A stretch of DNA of 63,545 nt, filler included, from Nitrospinae bacterium RIFCSPLOWO2_12_FULL_45_22 (GCA_001803565.1; 8 parts of 8 records of this genome joined end to end with filler, not necessarily neighbours in it), one strand, 5' to 3'. Numbered from the whole stretch's first letter, positions 9,353 through 17,582 are shown. Notes: generated by a model from the sequence alone, not told the origin. Made by a program: numbers and translations.

Positions 9353-9958
9353 CTAAGGTGATAAATAGAAGACTGAAGGGTCGGTCCCTAGCTCTGCCCT
9401 AAGCTGCATACCCCGCCGGTCCCTTACTATCCTTGAGACTTCACTCTCAGGGTCGTCTAAGTCGCCAAAAGTCATGGCCTTAGTGGGGCAATTTGCTACA
9501 CAGGCGGGCTCCAGCCCCTTCTCTACCCGGTGTACGCAAAAGGTACATTTCTCGGTCACGCCGGTGGGATGAAGCTTATACATCAGCTCTTCATAAACAG
9601 TCAATCCCTGACCGGGGTAATATTCTCGTATCTTTGCATGGTAGAACCTTACACCGTATGGGCAGGCCATTATACAATAGCGACAGCCGACACATTTCTC
9701 ATCATCTACCAATACAATTCCATCGGCACGCTGAGTAGTAGCCCCGGTTGGGCAGACAGCTTTGCAGGCCGGGTCCTGGCAGTGCATACATTGGATAGGA
9801 TACGGTACCCGCCTTACCCGCGGAAAAGTACCGGCCTCTTCCTTCATCACCCGGCGCAAGAATATCCCAGGTGGTGTCCCGTTTTCTGCCTTACAAGCAG
9901 CTACACAGGCATAGCAGCCTGCGCATCGCTTCAGATCTATGGCCATTCCTAATCGCAT
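9353..9958 (-). CDS. DmsB-like 4x[4Fe-4S] electron-transfer subunit (PadC-like)
   Basis: CAGCYACVAAC, CMHCQDPACKAVCP, CVGCRYCIMACP, KCTFCVHR..PACVANCP. Confidence 0.92.
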   Translation of the reverse strand: MRLGMAIDLKRCAGCYACVAACKAENGTPPGIFLRRVMKEEAGTFPRVRRVPYPIQCMHCQDPACKAVCPTGATTQRADGIVLVDDEKCVGCRYCIMACPYGVRFYHAKIREYYPGQGLTVYEELMYKLHPTGVTEKCTFCVHRVEKGLEPACVANCPTKAMTFGDLDDPESEVSRIVRDRRGMQLRAELGTDPSVFYLSP

Positions 9959-10061
9959 ATCATCCTCCTCTGGTATTAAGCTTTCAGCTTTCAGCTTTCA
10001 GCCCTTAATTTATACATGATTTTTTGACTGATGGCTGATAGCTGATGACTGAAGGCTGGTT

Positions 10062-12659
10062 TTATGCTTTATCTACCTTTACCTTTACACAAAGGTCCCA
10101 ATTTTGTACCGTCCAGTCCACGCATTTCGGGTCGAGCTTCATAAGCCATTCAAAGCATGACCCCTTCTCTGGTTGGCTGGCAATCGGGAGGTATTTTGAC
10201 CAATGCCCGCCACAGTTGGCTATGGCTAAACATTCCGGATGGACACCCTGGGTGAGATGGAGCTTACCCTTAGTCCTCCCACCATACATTGACTCAATCC
10301 ATACCCAGTCCCCTTCCTTCAAACCCTTCTTCTTACCATAGTCCTCATTCATTACCAGGTTATAGACAGTAGGGTCTATCTGGCCCAGATCATCCAACCA
10401 GGCATTATTATAGGTAGAGGAGAAGGTATGGGTAGGGACCCGGTAATAGAAGGCATATAGGTCAAAGCCCGGTCTTTTCTCCTCATGGGAGGCGCAAGGG
10501 CCCCAATCGGGCAGGGGCTGTAGATCGGAAAAATCCAGCTCTTCGCCATAAGTTAGCTGTCGCAGGACTTCTTCGGTCCGTTCTCGCAGATCAACGAACC
10601 ATTCAAAGTAGATCGGTACCCTTAATTTCATAAAATGTTTCCAATAAGACTCTTCTGGCTTTTTCTTCCATTTTATAACCCCATTTTTCTTAAACCATTC
10701 CAGGTTGTGATCTTCGCCAAAATGGGACTTAAGGGTAAGGTCTAGGATTTCGGTCCAGGTATAACGTTTATTGGGATCAAGGAGATATGGCTCCCGGAGC
10801 TGGGCAACCATATTATATGTAGCAGCAAAATCCTGCCACAAATCTAGCTTATCTAACAGATGGAATATTATTTCATGCCGTGGCTTTCTTTCATAAAGGG
10901 GCTCTACAATGGGTTGCCGCAAAGAGGTTAGCCATTCCTTCAAAATAGCTGAGTTGTGGTATCCAGCCAGGGTAGGTGGTTGGGGCAAGTCGTACCTCTC
11001 CAGATAAGAGGCCTCTGGCAGGATAAGGTCAGCAAATTCAGTCACCTCATCCAGGTGCAAGCTTAATGAAGCTACAAAAGGAAATCTCTTGATGGCTTCT
11101 GCTACCTTGGGGATCTCGGTATGGGTCATAATCACATTACATCCCGTCATGAGGAGAACTTCTGGAGTATATTTGAGCCCATACTTTGCCGGGTCTAGCA
11201 GAGTAAAGGGCTGCCCAGTACCCAGCACAGACAAGGGGGATATTTCCTGCAGAGATATATTTTCTGGCACCTTTACCTCACTGAGCGCGGAAGGTGGTGG
11301 GCCGATCCAGCTACCAGCAATAAGGAGGCCATCAGGGCCCTCGATAGGTTCCCAGCGCGGTAGCCCGGTCTCAGGGTAGCCCAGACACCTGGGATTACTA
11401 CCCAGGAGGCTGCCGGGTGTATCGGCCGCTCCAACTATCTCTGGGAGGAGGGAAAGGGCCATAGCCGTCCACAGGGTATGCTTATGGGCCTGAGCACCCT
11501 TAAAATAGAGCACCCCCACGGGCCGATGGGGTAGTTTATGCCCTTCAATTTCAATAGAGCTGCCAATCCGAGCCGCTTCACCAAATTCCTTTGTAATCCT
11601 CCTGATAGTACCGGCTGGGACACCACTAATTGATGCCGCCCCTTCGGGGGTATATTTTTTAACATGATCTTTAAGCGCCTGGAAGCCAGGGCAACAGGTC
11701 TCTCCATCAACCCCATAAGTACCGGTAAGGGCGAAATCCTTTATTGTAGGATCATCATAGGTCTTGGCTTTCCCTTCCCCAGCATCCCAGACCAGGGGTT
11801 TTGAGGTCTCCCGGTCTCGCATATATTTACCGTTTTTCTTAATGAGATAGGGGGCATTGGTATGCGTCTTAAGGTGTTCGGCATCATATAGGTTATACTC
11901 GTTAACCAGGAGGTTAATCATACTTAGGGCTACATAACCATCCGTCCCGGGCTTTATGGGTATCCATTCATCGGCCCTCTCGGCTGGTGTGGAGAGCAAA
12001 GGGTCTAACACCACTACCTTCATACCCCTTACCTTGGCATCGGCTATCCACCTCATCGAGGCCGTAGCATTATAATACATCCCAGCACCGGCCCCACAGC
12101 CAAACATCAAGAGATAATTACAATGATCATAGTCTACCTGAGTATGGATAGCCCCATGGAGTATGGCCGCCATAGCATGCTCGCCATTGCCACAATGGGG
12201 TCCGGCGCCACTCACCCACCAGTTACTGAAATAATTGAGGGCCATCCACCAGGCGGCCGTGAAGCCAAAAGATAAGGTATCTACTGCACTAAAGGTGAGG
12301 GTAATAGAGCGAGGGTCTTTTTGCCGGGCCTCTTTTAATTTGGCAGCCAGGGTATCGAGGGCCTCATCCCAGCTTATCCGCTGCCAGCCGGGGTCAATAC
12401 CTATTCCCTTTTCTGGATTGGTACGTTTTAAGGGATAATTAACCCGGTTAGGGTCATAAAGGAGCATGATCCCTGATTGCCCCTTGGCGCATATCCTCCC
12501 CCCACCACCGGCATTAGCTGCTTCTGGGTGCCCTTCGATCTTTACCAGGACACCATCTACTCTCCGGGCCCTTATGGTGCAGTTGGAGTAACAGATGTTG
12601 CAAACCGAGGGTATCCAGACATCCTCTTTTTCTGCCTTAAGCTCTTTTACTAAAGCCAT
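10062..12659 (-). CDS. Cytoplasmic Mo/W-bisPGD oxidoreductase catalytic subunit, phenylacetyl-CoA:acceptor oxidoreductase (PadB)-like
   Basis: CNICYSNC..ICAKG FS0 motif, YDPNRVNYPLKRTNPEKGIGIDPGW; no Tat signal; start moved to ATG 12659 (GGAGG RBS). PadB-likeness is from recall. Confidence 0.8.
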   Translation of the reverse strand: MALVKELKAEKEDVWIPSVCNICYSNCTIRARRVDGVLVKIEGHPEAANAGGGGRICAKGQSGIMLLYDPNRVNYPLKRTNPEKGIGIDPGWQRISWDEALDTLAAKLKEARQKDPRSITLTFSAVDTLSFGFTAAWWMALNYFSNWWVSGAGPHCGNGEHAMAAILHGAIHTQVDYDHCNYLLMFGCGAGAGMYYNATASMRWIADAKVRGMKVVVLDPLLSTPAERADEWIPIKPGTDGYVALSMINLLVNEYNLYDAEHLKTHTNAPYLIKKNGKYMRDRETSKPLVWDAGEGKAKTYDDPTIKDFALTGTYGVDGETCCPGFQALKDHVKKYTPEGAASISGVPAGTIRRITKEFGEAARIGSSIEIEGHKLPHRPVGVLYFKGAQAHKHTLWTAMALSLLPEIVGAADTPGSLLGSNPRCLGYPETGLPRWEPIEGPDGLLIAGSWIGPPPSALSEVKVPENISLQEISPLSVLGTGQPFTLLDPAKYGLKYTPEVLLMTGCNVIMTHTEIPKVAEAIKRFPFVASLSLHLDEVTEFADLILPEASYLERYDLPQPPTLAGYHNSAILKEWLTSLRQPIVEPLYERKPRHEIIFHLLDKLDLWQDFAATYNMVAQLREPYLLDPNKRYTWTEILDLTLKSHFGEDHNLEWFKKNGVIKWKKKPEESYWKHFMKLRVPIYFEWFVDLRERTEEVLRQLTYGEELDFSDLQPLPDWGPCASHEEKRPGFDLYAFYYRVPTHTFSSTYNNAWLDDLGQIDPTVYNLVMNEDYGKKKGLKEGDWVWIESMYGGRTKGKLHLTQGVHPECLAIANCGGHWSKYLPIASQPEKGSCFEWLMKLDPKCVDWTVQNWDLCVKVKVDKA

Positions 12660-12660
12660 A

Positions 12661-12975
12661 CTATTTTCCTCCCTGCAAAGGTGGTATAAAGAATACCTCA
12701 ATCTCTCTATCATTTTCCCCTAGGACTTCATTCAGGGCCACCAGATCAGAGGTAAAATCCCAGCTCTTCCCTTTGACGGCAATATGAACTTCGGGCTTAA
12801 GACGCGGCTTCCCGGTATCTTCCCTTATGAGCATCCGCTTCATCTTATCACCGTATTGCTGGCAGAGATGGTTTATTAAGTCGAGGAGGGTGGCCGGTGG
12901 ATCAATATGGAGGGTAATTTTGCCCGACTCTACCAGGAGCCGGAACTGTCCGTAAAACCTTACCTTAACTTCCAC
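12661..12975 (-). CDS. MoaD/ThiS-family ubiquitin-like sulfur carrier ending -GGK
   Basis: VEVKVRFYGQFR...TLLDLINHL...IEVFFIPPLQGGK; GTG start at 12975. Confidence 0.8.
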   Translation of the reverse strand: MEVKVRFYGQFRLLVESGKITLHIDPPATLLDLINHLCQQYGDKMKRMLIREDTGKPRLKPEVHIAVKGKSWDFTSDLVALNEVLGENDREIEVFFIPPLQGGK

Positions 12976-13078
12976 CGTAAATCCCTGTCTTTTTATTATT
13001 AAGAGAGAAGCGCATATTGCCATCCCTTTCGAGGCCCTGTTCGTGCTGGGCCTATGAGCCATACCACTAACGGCAGGC

Positions 13079-13122
13079 ATACCCGGCTGGTAAAAGCCGC
13101 CAGGCTTTTACCAGCCGGGTAT
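13079..13122. repeat. Perfect 20-bp inverted repeat in the operon leader
   Basis: ATACCCGGCTGGTAAAAGCC-gcca-GGCTTTTACCAGCCGGGTAT. Confidence 0.85.
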
Positions 13123-13174
13123 CCCATAGTTAGGCAAGGAATCTCTATGGCATTGGAGGAAACTCGGCTATATT

Positions 13175-13345
13175 TCAGGCACCTTTCTTGCCAATCCTTT
13201 GCCCCGTTTGATGAACCACTCGGTCCATATGTTCCTTTTCCTTTTTCTTTAGACGAGCTATAATCTGCTTCAGGTCATAGTTACATTCCAGGGCAATTTT
13301 TTCTCGGATGGTGTGAATTTCCTCAACAATAGGATCTTTCCACAT
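13175..13345 (-). CDS. Small protein (56 aa) of the type found downstream of PIN-domain genes; putative antitoxin
   Basis: Not in the ORF track; MWKDPIVEEIHTIREKIALECNYDLKQIIARLKKKEKEH..., GGAGG RBS. Confidence 0.65.
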   Translation of the reverse strand: MWKDPIVEEIHTIREKIALECNYDLKQIIARLKKKEKEHMDRVVHQTGQRIGKKGA

Positions 13346-13346
13346 G

Positions 13347-13622
13347 TTATCCTCCTTCCGGAGATATTAAAAGTTCCTCCGGTGTTACAATAATAGGGGT
13401 TTCACGGCCAAGCATTGTGTTGACTGCCTGAAGGCGTCTAATTACCTCATCATTTGCAAGATGAGCACAATTCCATGTCAGAAGGTAGTCCAGTCTATAT
13501 GCAACCGCACAGGCTAAATGCACCACGTCCAACCGGGCTCCTCGTGGCAAGCCAAGCTTGCCTTGATACTCTCGGGCCAATGTCTCCACCTCCTCCGTCA
13601 GCGTAATAATGGGTAATCCTTC
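13347..13622 (-). pseudogene. PIN/VapC-family toxin, N-terminal half missing
   Basis: RLDVVHLACAVAYRLDYLLTWNCAHLAN..PIIVTPEEL; the 5' part is replaced by cassette DNA. Confidence 0.75.
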
Positions 13623-13649
13623 AGTCGGTGATCTCTTCCAAAACCGCTT

Positions 13650-14015
13650 CGGAATTGTCGTTTCACCTTCCAGGACAAGAGCGATCTTGTGCCAAGTCTA
13701 GGAGACACGAAGCGTCACTTCTTGAACGACCTTCGGCTCTGGGTCGGAGGTAAAAGAAGGCATTGTGAGAGTGCCTTTCCATACCCCAGAGATATCCGGG
13801 ATGCCAGCCAGGATTTGCAAACCGGGCCACCTCCACAAATAGTTATTGAAAAGCCAGAGCAGCGACCCAAAAATAAAGAACACCGAAGGGGCTGCAAATC
13901 TATAGTGGGCGAGCGCCGGGATCAGAGCAAGAAGATAGGCTCCTGCTAAACTGGCCGCACCGAGCAAAAGGTGGACACGCGGCCTAGGATCGGTATCAAC
14001 AGAATAATTAATCAT
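13650..14015 (-). pseudogene. Cap15-like (2TM + beta-barrel, CBASS effector family) gene cassette with a nonsense codon and a 3' deletion
   Basis: MINYSVDTDPRPRV-TM-APSVFFIFGSLLWLFNNYLWRW..IPDISGVWKGTL..VS(TAG)TWHKIALVLEG; starts just after an attC R' box. Confidence 0.6.
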
Positions 14016-14066
14016 TTGCTGCAGAATCCTCGATGAATTCTCGTGTTTGAGGTTTGATGGATAGAA

Positions 14067-14154
14067 GCCTAACGACCTAATCAGCCGCCGGGCCGATGAC
14101 TGAAATGTAAACCACATCCGGCTATTCCCGGTCGGCTGGATTAAATGGTTCGCC
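14067..14154 (-). other. attC site
   Basis: R'' GGCGAAC, L'' AATCCAGC (extra C), L' GCTGATT, R' GTTAGGC. Confidence 0.85.
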
Positions 14155-14174
14155 GCCACTGTTCCTTCGTCAGC

Positions 14175-14714
14175 CTACTCCGGGGGGCGGGGTGGGTCGC
14201 GTTCCGCAGCACCGCAGGACACCGTAACCGTGTAGGCATCATCGGTGTGGCCTTCTCCGTCCTCGCCGTGCCAGTGGTTCCATCGGCCTTCCACGATACA
14301 TAGCGCCCCGGGCTTGTGAAAAGCATAGACCGTACCGTCTGGCCCGTCGGCATCGTGAGACAGTGTCGGGGACCACCCCTTCCTCTCGAAGTACTCACCA
14401 AGCCATTCGTCTGCAGAGCCCTGTTGGCCCAGGGCACTGAACCGACCAGACAGCGTCACCACGCACCCATCTCGTACGCATCCGAACCTGGGATCGAGAA
14501 AGGACGTTGTGGCTACTCGAACACTGCCACCCGGCACTTTGGCCAGACTGAGATGTAAGTCGCGGCACATGCCATGTATGAGCGCCTTGGTACCCGGAGT
14601 ACTTACAGCAGGGCATGACTCCTCTGCAAAGACGACACGGCTACCGCAGCCCATGAAGACAGCTAATATCCAGACGCTCATCCAGGCACTCCATCTCATG
14701 ACCACCTCACCCAT
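14175..14714 (-). CDS. Exported Cys-rich hypothetical protein (gene cassette)
   Basis: Signal peptide, GC-rich, ends about 20 nt before an attC. Confidence 0.7.
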   Translation of the reverse strand: MGEVVMRWSAWMSVWILAVFMGCGSRVVFAEESCPAVSTPGTKALIHGMCRDLHLSLAKVPGGSVRVATTSFLDPRFGCVRDGCVVTLSGRFSALGQQGSADEWLGEYFERKGWSPTLSHDADGPDGTVYAFHKPGALCIVEGRWNHWHGEDGEGHTDDAYTVTVSCGAAERDPPRPPE

Positions 14715-14767
14715 CGCAAGCCAGCGAATGCAGTCCGCAGCGCGTTGTTCCGGGCGCGAAGCATCCG

Positions 14768-14828
14768 GAACAACGACAAGGGTAACTTGCGGCGGTTTTT
14801 AGCCGTCAAGTTGACCCGCTGGTTAGAA
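14768..14828 (-). other. attC site
   Basis: R'' TTCTAAC (complement of the attI core GTTAGAA), L'' GGTCAACT, L' AGTTACC, R' GTTGTTC. Confidence 0.8.
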
Positions 14829-15319
14829 CCATATTTTTACGTTTGATATCTTTAATAATTCGGTAATTATACAATGAATTCTTTTTTTTCTATCAATTTC
14901 CCATTTGGTTGCATCATTAGCAGCCGCATGTGCCAATGCTTCCTGACTTGGGGCAATAGCGGCTGCTATGCCAAAAATTCCAAGTTCGTTTACTTGATTA
15001 TATCCTTTTCATATTCTGCCCATTTCTGATTAAACCTATCGAGACATCTGCCGCTCAGGTTTTTGGCGAAGATTTCCTTCATAGCTCTGTGGTTCTTGAA
15101 CTCGGTAAGGAGGCTGTAATTCAGGCTGACTCCTTTGTCTTGTAGGGTGTTGAGAAAGTGAAGCAGTGGATCGGCAAACTTCGCGTACTCCTTGTCGAAA
15201 TTTTCTCGTTTCTGGCAAACCTCTTTATACCTAATATGGATCAACCAGCCGATCAAAACACAAAGGATTGGAATCAATATGATGTTCTGCATATAAGCCT
15301 TGGGGTTCTGATAACCCAA
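14823..15319 (-). pseudogene. Membrane-anchored hypothetical cassette gene with a frameshift near 14995
   Basis: ORF 14990-15319 continues in another frame (NELGIFGIAAAIAP...KIWF) to a TAA inside the attC R'' box. Confidence 0.6.
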
Positions 15320-15382
15320 TTTTGGATGTGGTGGTGGATTCTGAATGATAAAAACAAAGATGATTAAATTGTTGTTTGGATT

Positions 15383-15502
15383 CTAACAAGTTATTCTATA
15401 GTTTCTTAATAACTCCGCACCTCAAGGGGTTCCTTCAGGGCTCTATGCATTAATAAGTTATGTTGTCTATCCAGCCCATGATCCCCTGACCTCTCAGATA
15501 CC
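15383..15502 (-). repeat. attI region, copy 1 (120-bp direct repeat of 18208-18327)
   Basis: Ends ..AGAATAACTTG|TTAG on the minus strand, upstream of and divergent from the intI remnant; one mismatch to copy 2. Confidence 0.8.
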
Positions 15503-15522
15503 CCTTAAATCATTATAAAATA

Positions 15523-15551
15523 ACAATAATCTCCTGATAGATTTTTTGCAA
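15523..15551 (-). promoter_or_regulatory. Candidate Pc cassette promoter
   Basis: TTGCAA-N17-TATTGT pointing toward attI. Confidence 0.35.
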
Positions 15552-15618
15552 CAATATATTTGAATCTTTCTGTATAACATGTCATTTTTAAGATTATATA
15601 GAGATAGGAGAATTCTAG

Positions 15619-15861
15619 ATGTTGGCTATCCCTTCCGCATTACAGGCACAATTTGAAGAATATTTACGAAATAAGGAAATTCCAAGCAGCTTGCAAGGGA
15701 CGTATAAAAAGTGGCTGCGCTATTACCTGGACTTTTGTCAGAAGTATCACTTCCCTCCTATACCTAAAGAGAGTCTGCCCCACTTTATCCACAAATTGCA
15801 GGAAAAGAAGCAAACGAAGGAGCGACAAGAGCAGGCCGTAATGGCGATAACGGTGTATTAG
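15619..15861 (+). pseudogene. intI: Integron integrase, N-terminal fragment only
   Basis: YKKWLRYYLDFCQKY..FIHKLQEKKQT..QEQAVMAI resembles (from recall) the N-terminal extension of long Deltaproteobacteria-type IntI; divergent from attI/cassettes; cut by intron DNA. Confidence 0.7.
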
Positions 15862-16037
15862 ATGGAGGACTTCGCTGTCACATGCCAACTCGTCCCGGAT
15901 GTACCACACCTCATATCCGGTTTCTGTTCCCCGGATCAAGTCCGGGGCAGGCTCTTGCCCTTCTCCTAGCCTTCGGCTCCGCTTACACCTGGCGCAAGGA
16001 CTCTCACCTCGCTAGCTCTGTGCCATGCCCGGCACAC
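15860..16037 (-). mobile_element. Group IIC intron, 5' fragment (domain I), inserted in an attC
   Basis: Starts GTGTGCCGGGCATGGCACAGAGCTAGCGAGGTGAGAGTCCT directly after GT of the attC R' box; contains a REP-like GCCTGCCCCGGACTTGATCCGGGG. Confidence 0.8.
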
Positions 16038-16090
16038 ACGCCGAAATCAGCGGCGGCGTTTACGCCGTCCGCTGGATTGATTTGTTCGCT
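16038..16090 (-). other. attC site split at R' by the intron
   Basis: R'' AGCGAAC, L'' AATCCAGC, L' GCTGATT, R' GT|intron. Confidence 0.85.
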
Positions 16091-16371
16091 GATGGTTTTC
16101 GTTGCTTTTCCATCCAACTGGGAAGTGCTGCTCCAGTGGCTTCGGAGTAAAGCGTCTCAGGAGCAATGTCTATCTCATCCTGCCAAGTGATGACGCCAAG
16201 CTCTTCATTTATCTTAAAGTTCTTGAAAAAGGTAATGTCTTTGAAACGATCAAAAACGCCACCCTTTTCAAGATAGCTTGAGAAATCTACGATTCCCCCT
16301 TTCCCATCATCAAACCTGACTTCAATCTTGTATTCAGCCTTGTAACGGGCGAAAACCAGATCGTGTATCAT
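16060..16371 (-). CDS. DUF2442-family protein (TA-like partner of DUF4160)
   Basis: YKIEVRFDDGKGGIVDF..GVITWQDEIDIAPETLY; ATG 16371 with AGGAGGT RBS. Confidence 0.85.
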   Translation of the reverse strand: MIHDLVFARYKAEYKIEVRFDDGKGGIVDFSSYLEKGGVFDRFKDITFFKNFKINEELGVITWQDEIDIAPETLYSEATGAALPSWMEKQRKPSANKSIQRTA

Positions 16372-16384
16372 TATCGACCTCCTT

Positions 16385-16645
16385 TTATACCAACGGTGGG
16401 ATCTTCTTTGGTGGCACATTTTGCTTTGCCAGTTCCCAATCGCTGAGCAGTTCTTCCCGGTGCTGAGAGGCCCATTCCATAACAAGCCCCAACGCCCGAT
16501 GAGGAATATGTCCCTCAAGGATTCGTAACGAGTCTATCCCAATCGCCACATTGTCCTTGCCGTACCGCGCATGAAAATGGGGCGGATTGTAATCATCAAA
16601 AAACATGGCGATTATGATTCCAAAAAATCGGCTGATCTCAGGCAT
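16385..16645 (-). CDS. DUF4160-family protein (putative toxin)
   Basis: MPEISRFFGIIIAMFFDDYNPPHFHARY..LVMEWASQHREELLSDW. Confidence 0.9.
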   Translation of the reverse strand: MPEISRFFGIIIAMFFDDYNPPHFHARYGKDNVAIGIDSLRILEGHIPHRALGLVMEWASQHREELLSDWELAKQNVPPKKIPPLV

Positions 16646-16685
16646 CCTGAACCTATTCTACCTTACATAGAATATTATTTCAAAC

Positions 16686-16775
16686 AGCGAACGACCGAAA
16701 TCAGGCGCGCGGGCCAAAGACATTGCCCGTTAGGCCCCGCAGACCCTTCCCGTCGCCTGAATTGATTGGTTATGC
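16686..16775 (-). other. attC site
   Basis: R'' GCATAAC, L'' AATTCAGG, L' CCTGATT, R' GTTCGCT (complement of the next R'' AGCGAAC). Confidence 0.85.
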
Positions 16776-16841
16776 CGCCATGTGCGACCGTTTTGAACAG
16801 ACTCTTCTATTAACCGGCATACAAGGTCCTTGCTTGATTTA

Positions 16842-17043
16842 CCTGACTTTACCCCAAATTATGTACACTACAGGTCGTGAATATGAAATGCATAATGTGA
16901 TCAAGGCAATTTATCAAAAGGAATCTAACATAGATTTCTTGGTAGTGTATGAAATGTACACCACCTCCCCTGTTGTCCGAACAGAAAAGCTGGAGTTTAC
17001 CCAATGATAATGGGTAGTGTATAAAACTTATGGAAAAGTCAGG
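16842..17043. mobile_element. MITE-like element (202 bp)
   Basis: About 30-bp imperfect TIRs CCTGACTTT...TACACTAC, flanked by GATTTA direct repeats; internal palindrome at 16941-16965. Confidence 0.65.
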
Positions 17044-17074
17044 CGATTTAAGGTCACCGGACAGCGTTGGGCAT

Positions 17075-17182
17075 CTATTTATTCTTCTTTTCTTTTTTCA
17101 ATTTGCGCTTTTCCTTTGGAGTAAGCTGAGCCTTTTTTTGCTGTTCTTTTTTGCCTTTATCTTTACTTCCCTTATCACCCAT
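17075..17182 (-). CDS. Small Lys-rich protein (35 aa) within a cassette
   Basis: MGDKGSKDKGKKEQQKKAQLTPKEKRKLKKEKKNK, AGGAG RBS; not in the ORF track. Confidence 0.6.
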   Translation of the reverse strand: MGDKGSKDKGKKEQQKKAQLTPKEKRKLKKEKKNK

Positions 17183-17453
17183 TTCTGTTTCTCCTTGCTG
17201 TAAAATGGTTTGCGCCGGACTGTGGCGCCGAAAACCCTTCTTCTGTCGTAGAAGTTAGCAGATGGGATCGCTTGGCGTCACCGCCAAATGCATCCAATAT
17301 GCCAGGAACTTCATCGGAAAACCCTCAGCGGCTTCATCATCTGGATTCGAAACCGACGGGCACAGCTTGTTGGCGGTATCCAGCCTGATGGCGTCACGCT
17401 CGTCGATTTCTCACCCGTCCCCTATCACTACCCGGCCTGGGGCGTGCGGCATA

Positions 17454-17490
17454 ATCGGGATAGGGAGGAGCCTCACGACTCCCCTCCTCC
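17454..17490 (-). mobile_element. Group IIC intron 3' end (domain VI) relic
   Basis: GGAGGAGGGGAGTCGTGAGGCTCCTCCCTATCCCGAT|TATGC; TATGC completes the R' box matching R'' GCATAAC. Confidence 0.75.
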
Positions 17491-17582
17491 CTTTTTATCT
17501 AAAAACAGGAGGAGCATTTTACCCTTAAAGGGGGGTCAGTTCTATATGAGGATAAGGGGTCAATTGTATTTTACGATATACA
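17491..17582 (-). mobile_element. IS21-family-like terminal fragment
   Basis: Begins TGT, two repeated (A)ATTGACCCC/AACTGACCCC boxes; interrupts the attC that starts at 17610. Confidence 0.55.

Noticed and set aside
13179-13193. Sigma-54-like TGGCAAGAAAGGTGC on the minus strand
   Set aside because: Imperfect -12 box and lies inside a coding 3' end; insufficient support
13698-14159. 153-aa ORF starting MAANHLIQPTG
   Set aside because: Its N-terminus is translated attC sequence; the real start is ATG 14015
15882-16190. ORFs over the intron fragment and attC (also 16571-16765, 16723-17007, 17262-17608, 42500-42823)
   Set aside because: Translations of structured non-coding DNA or antisense to real genes
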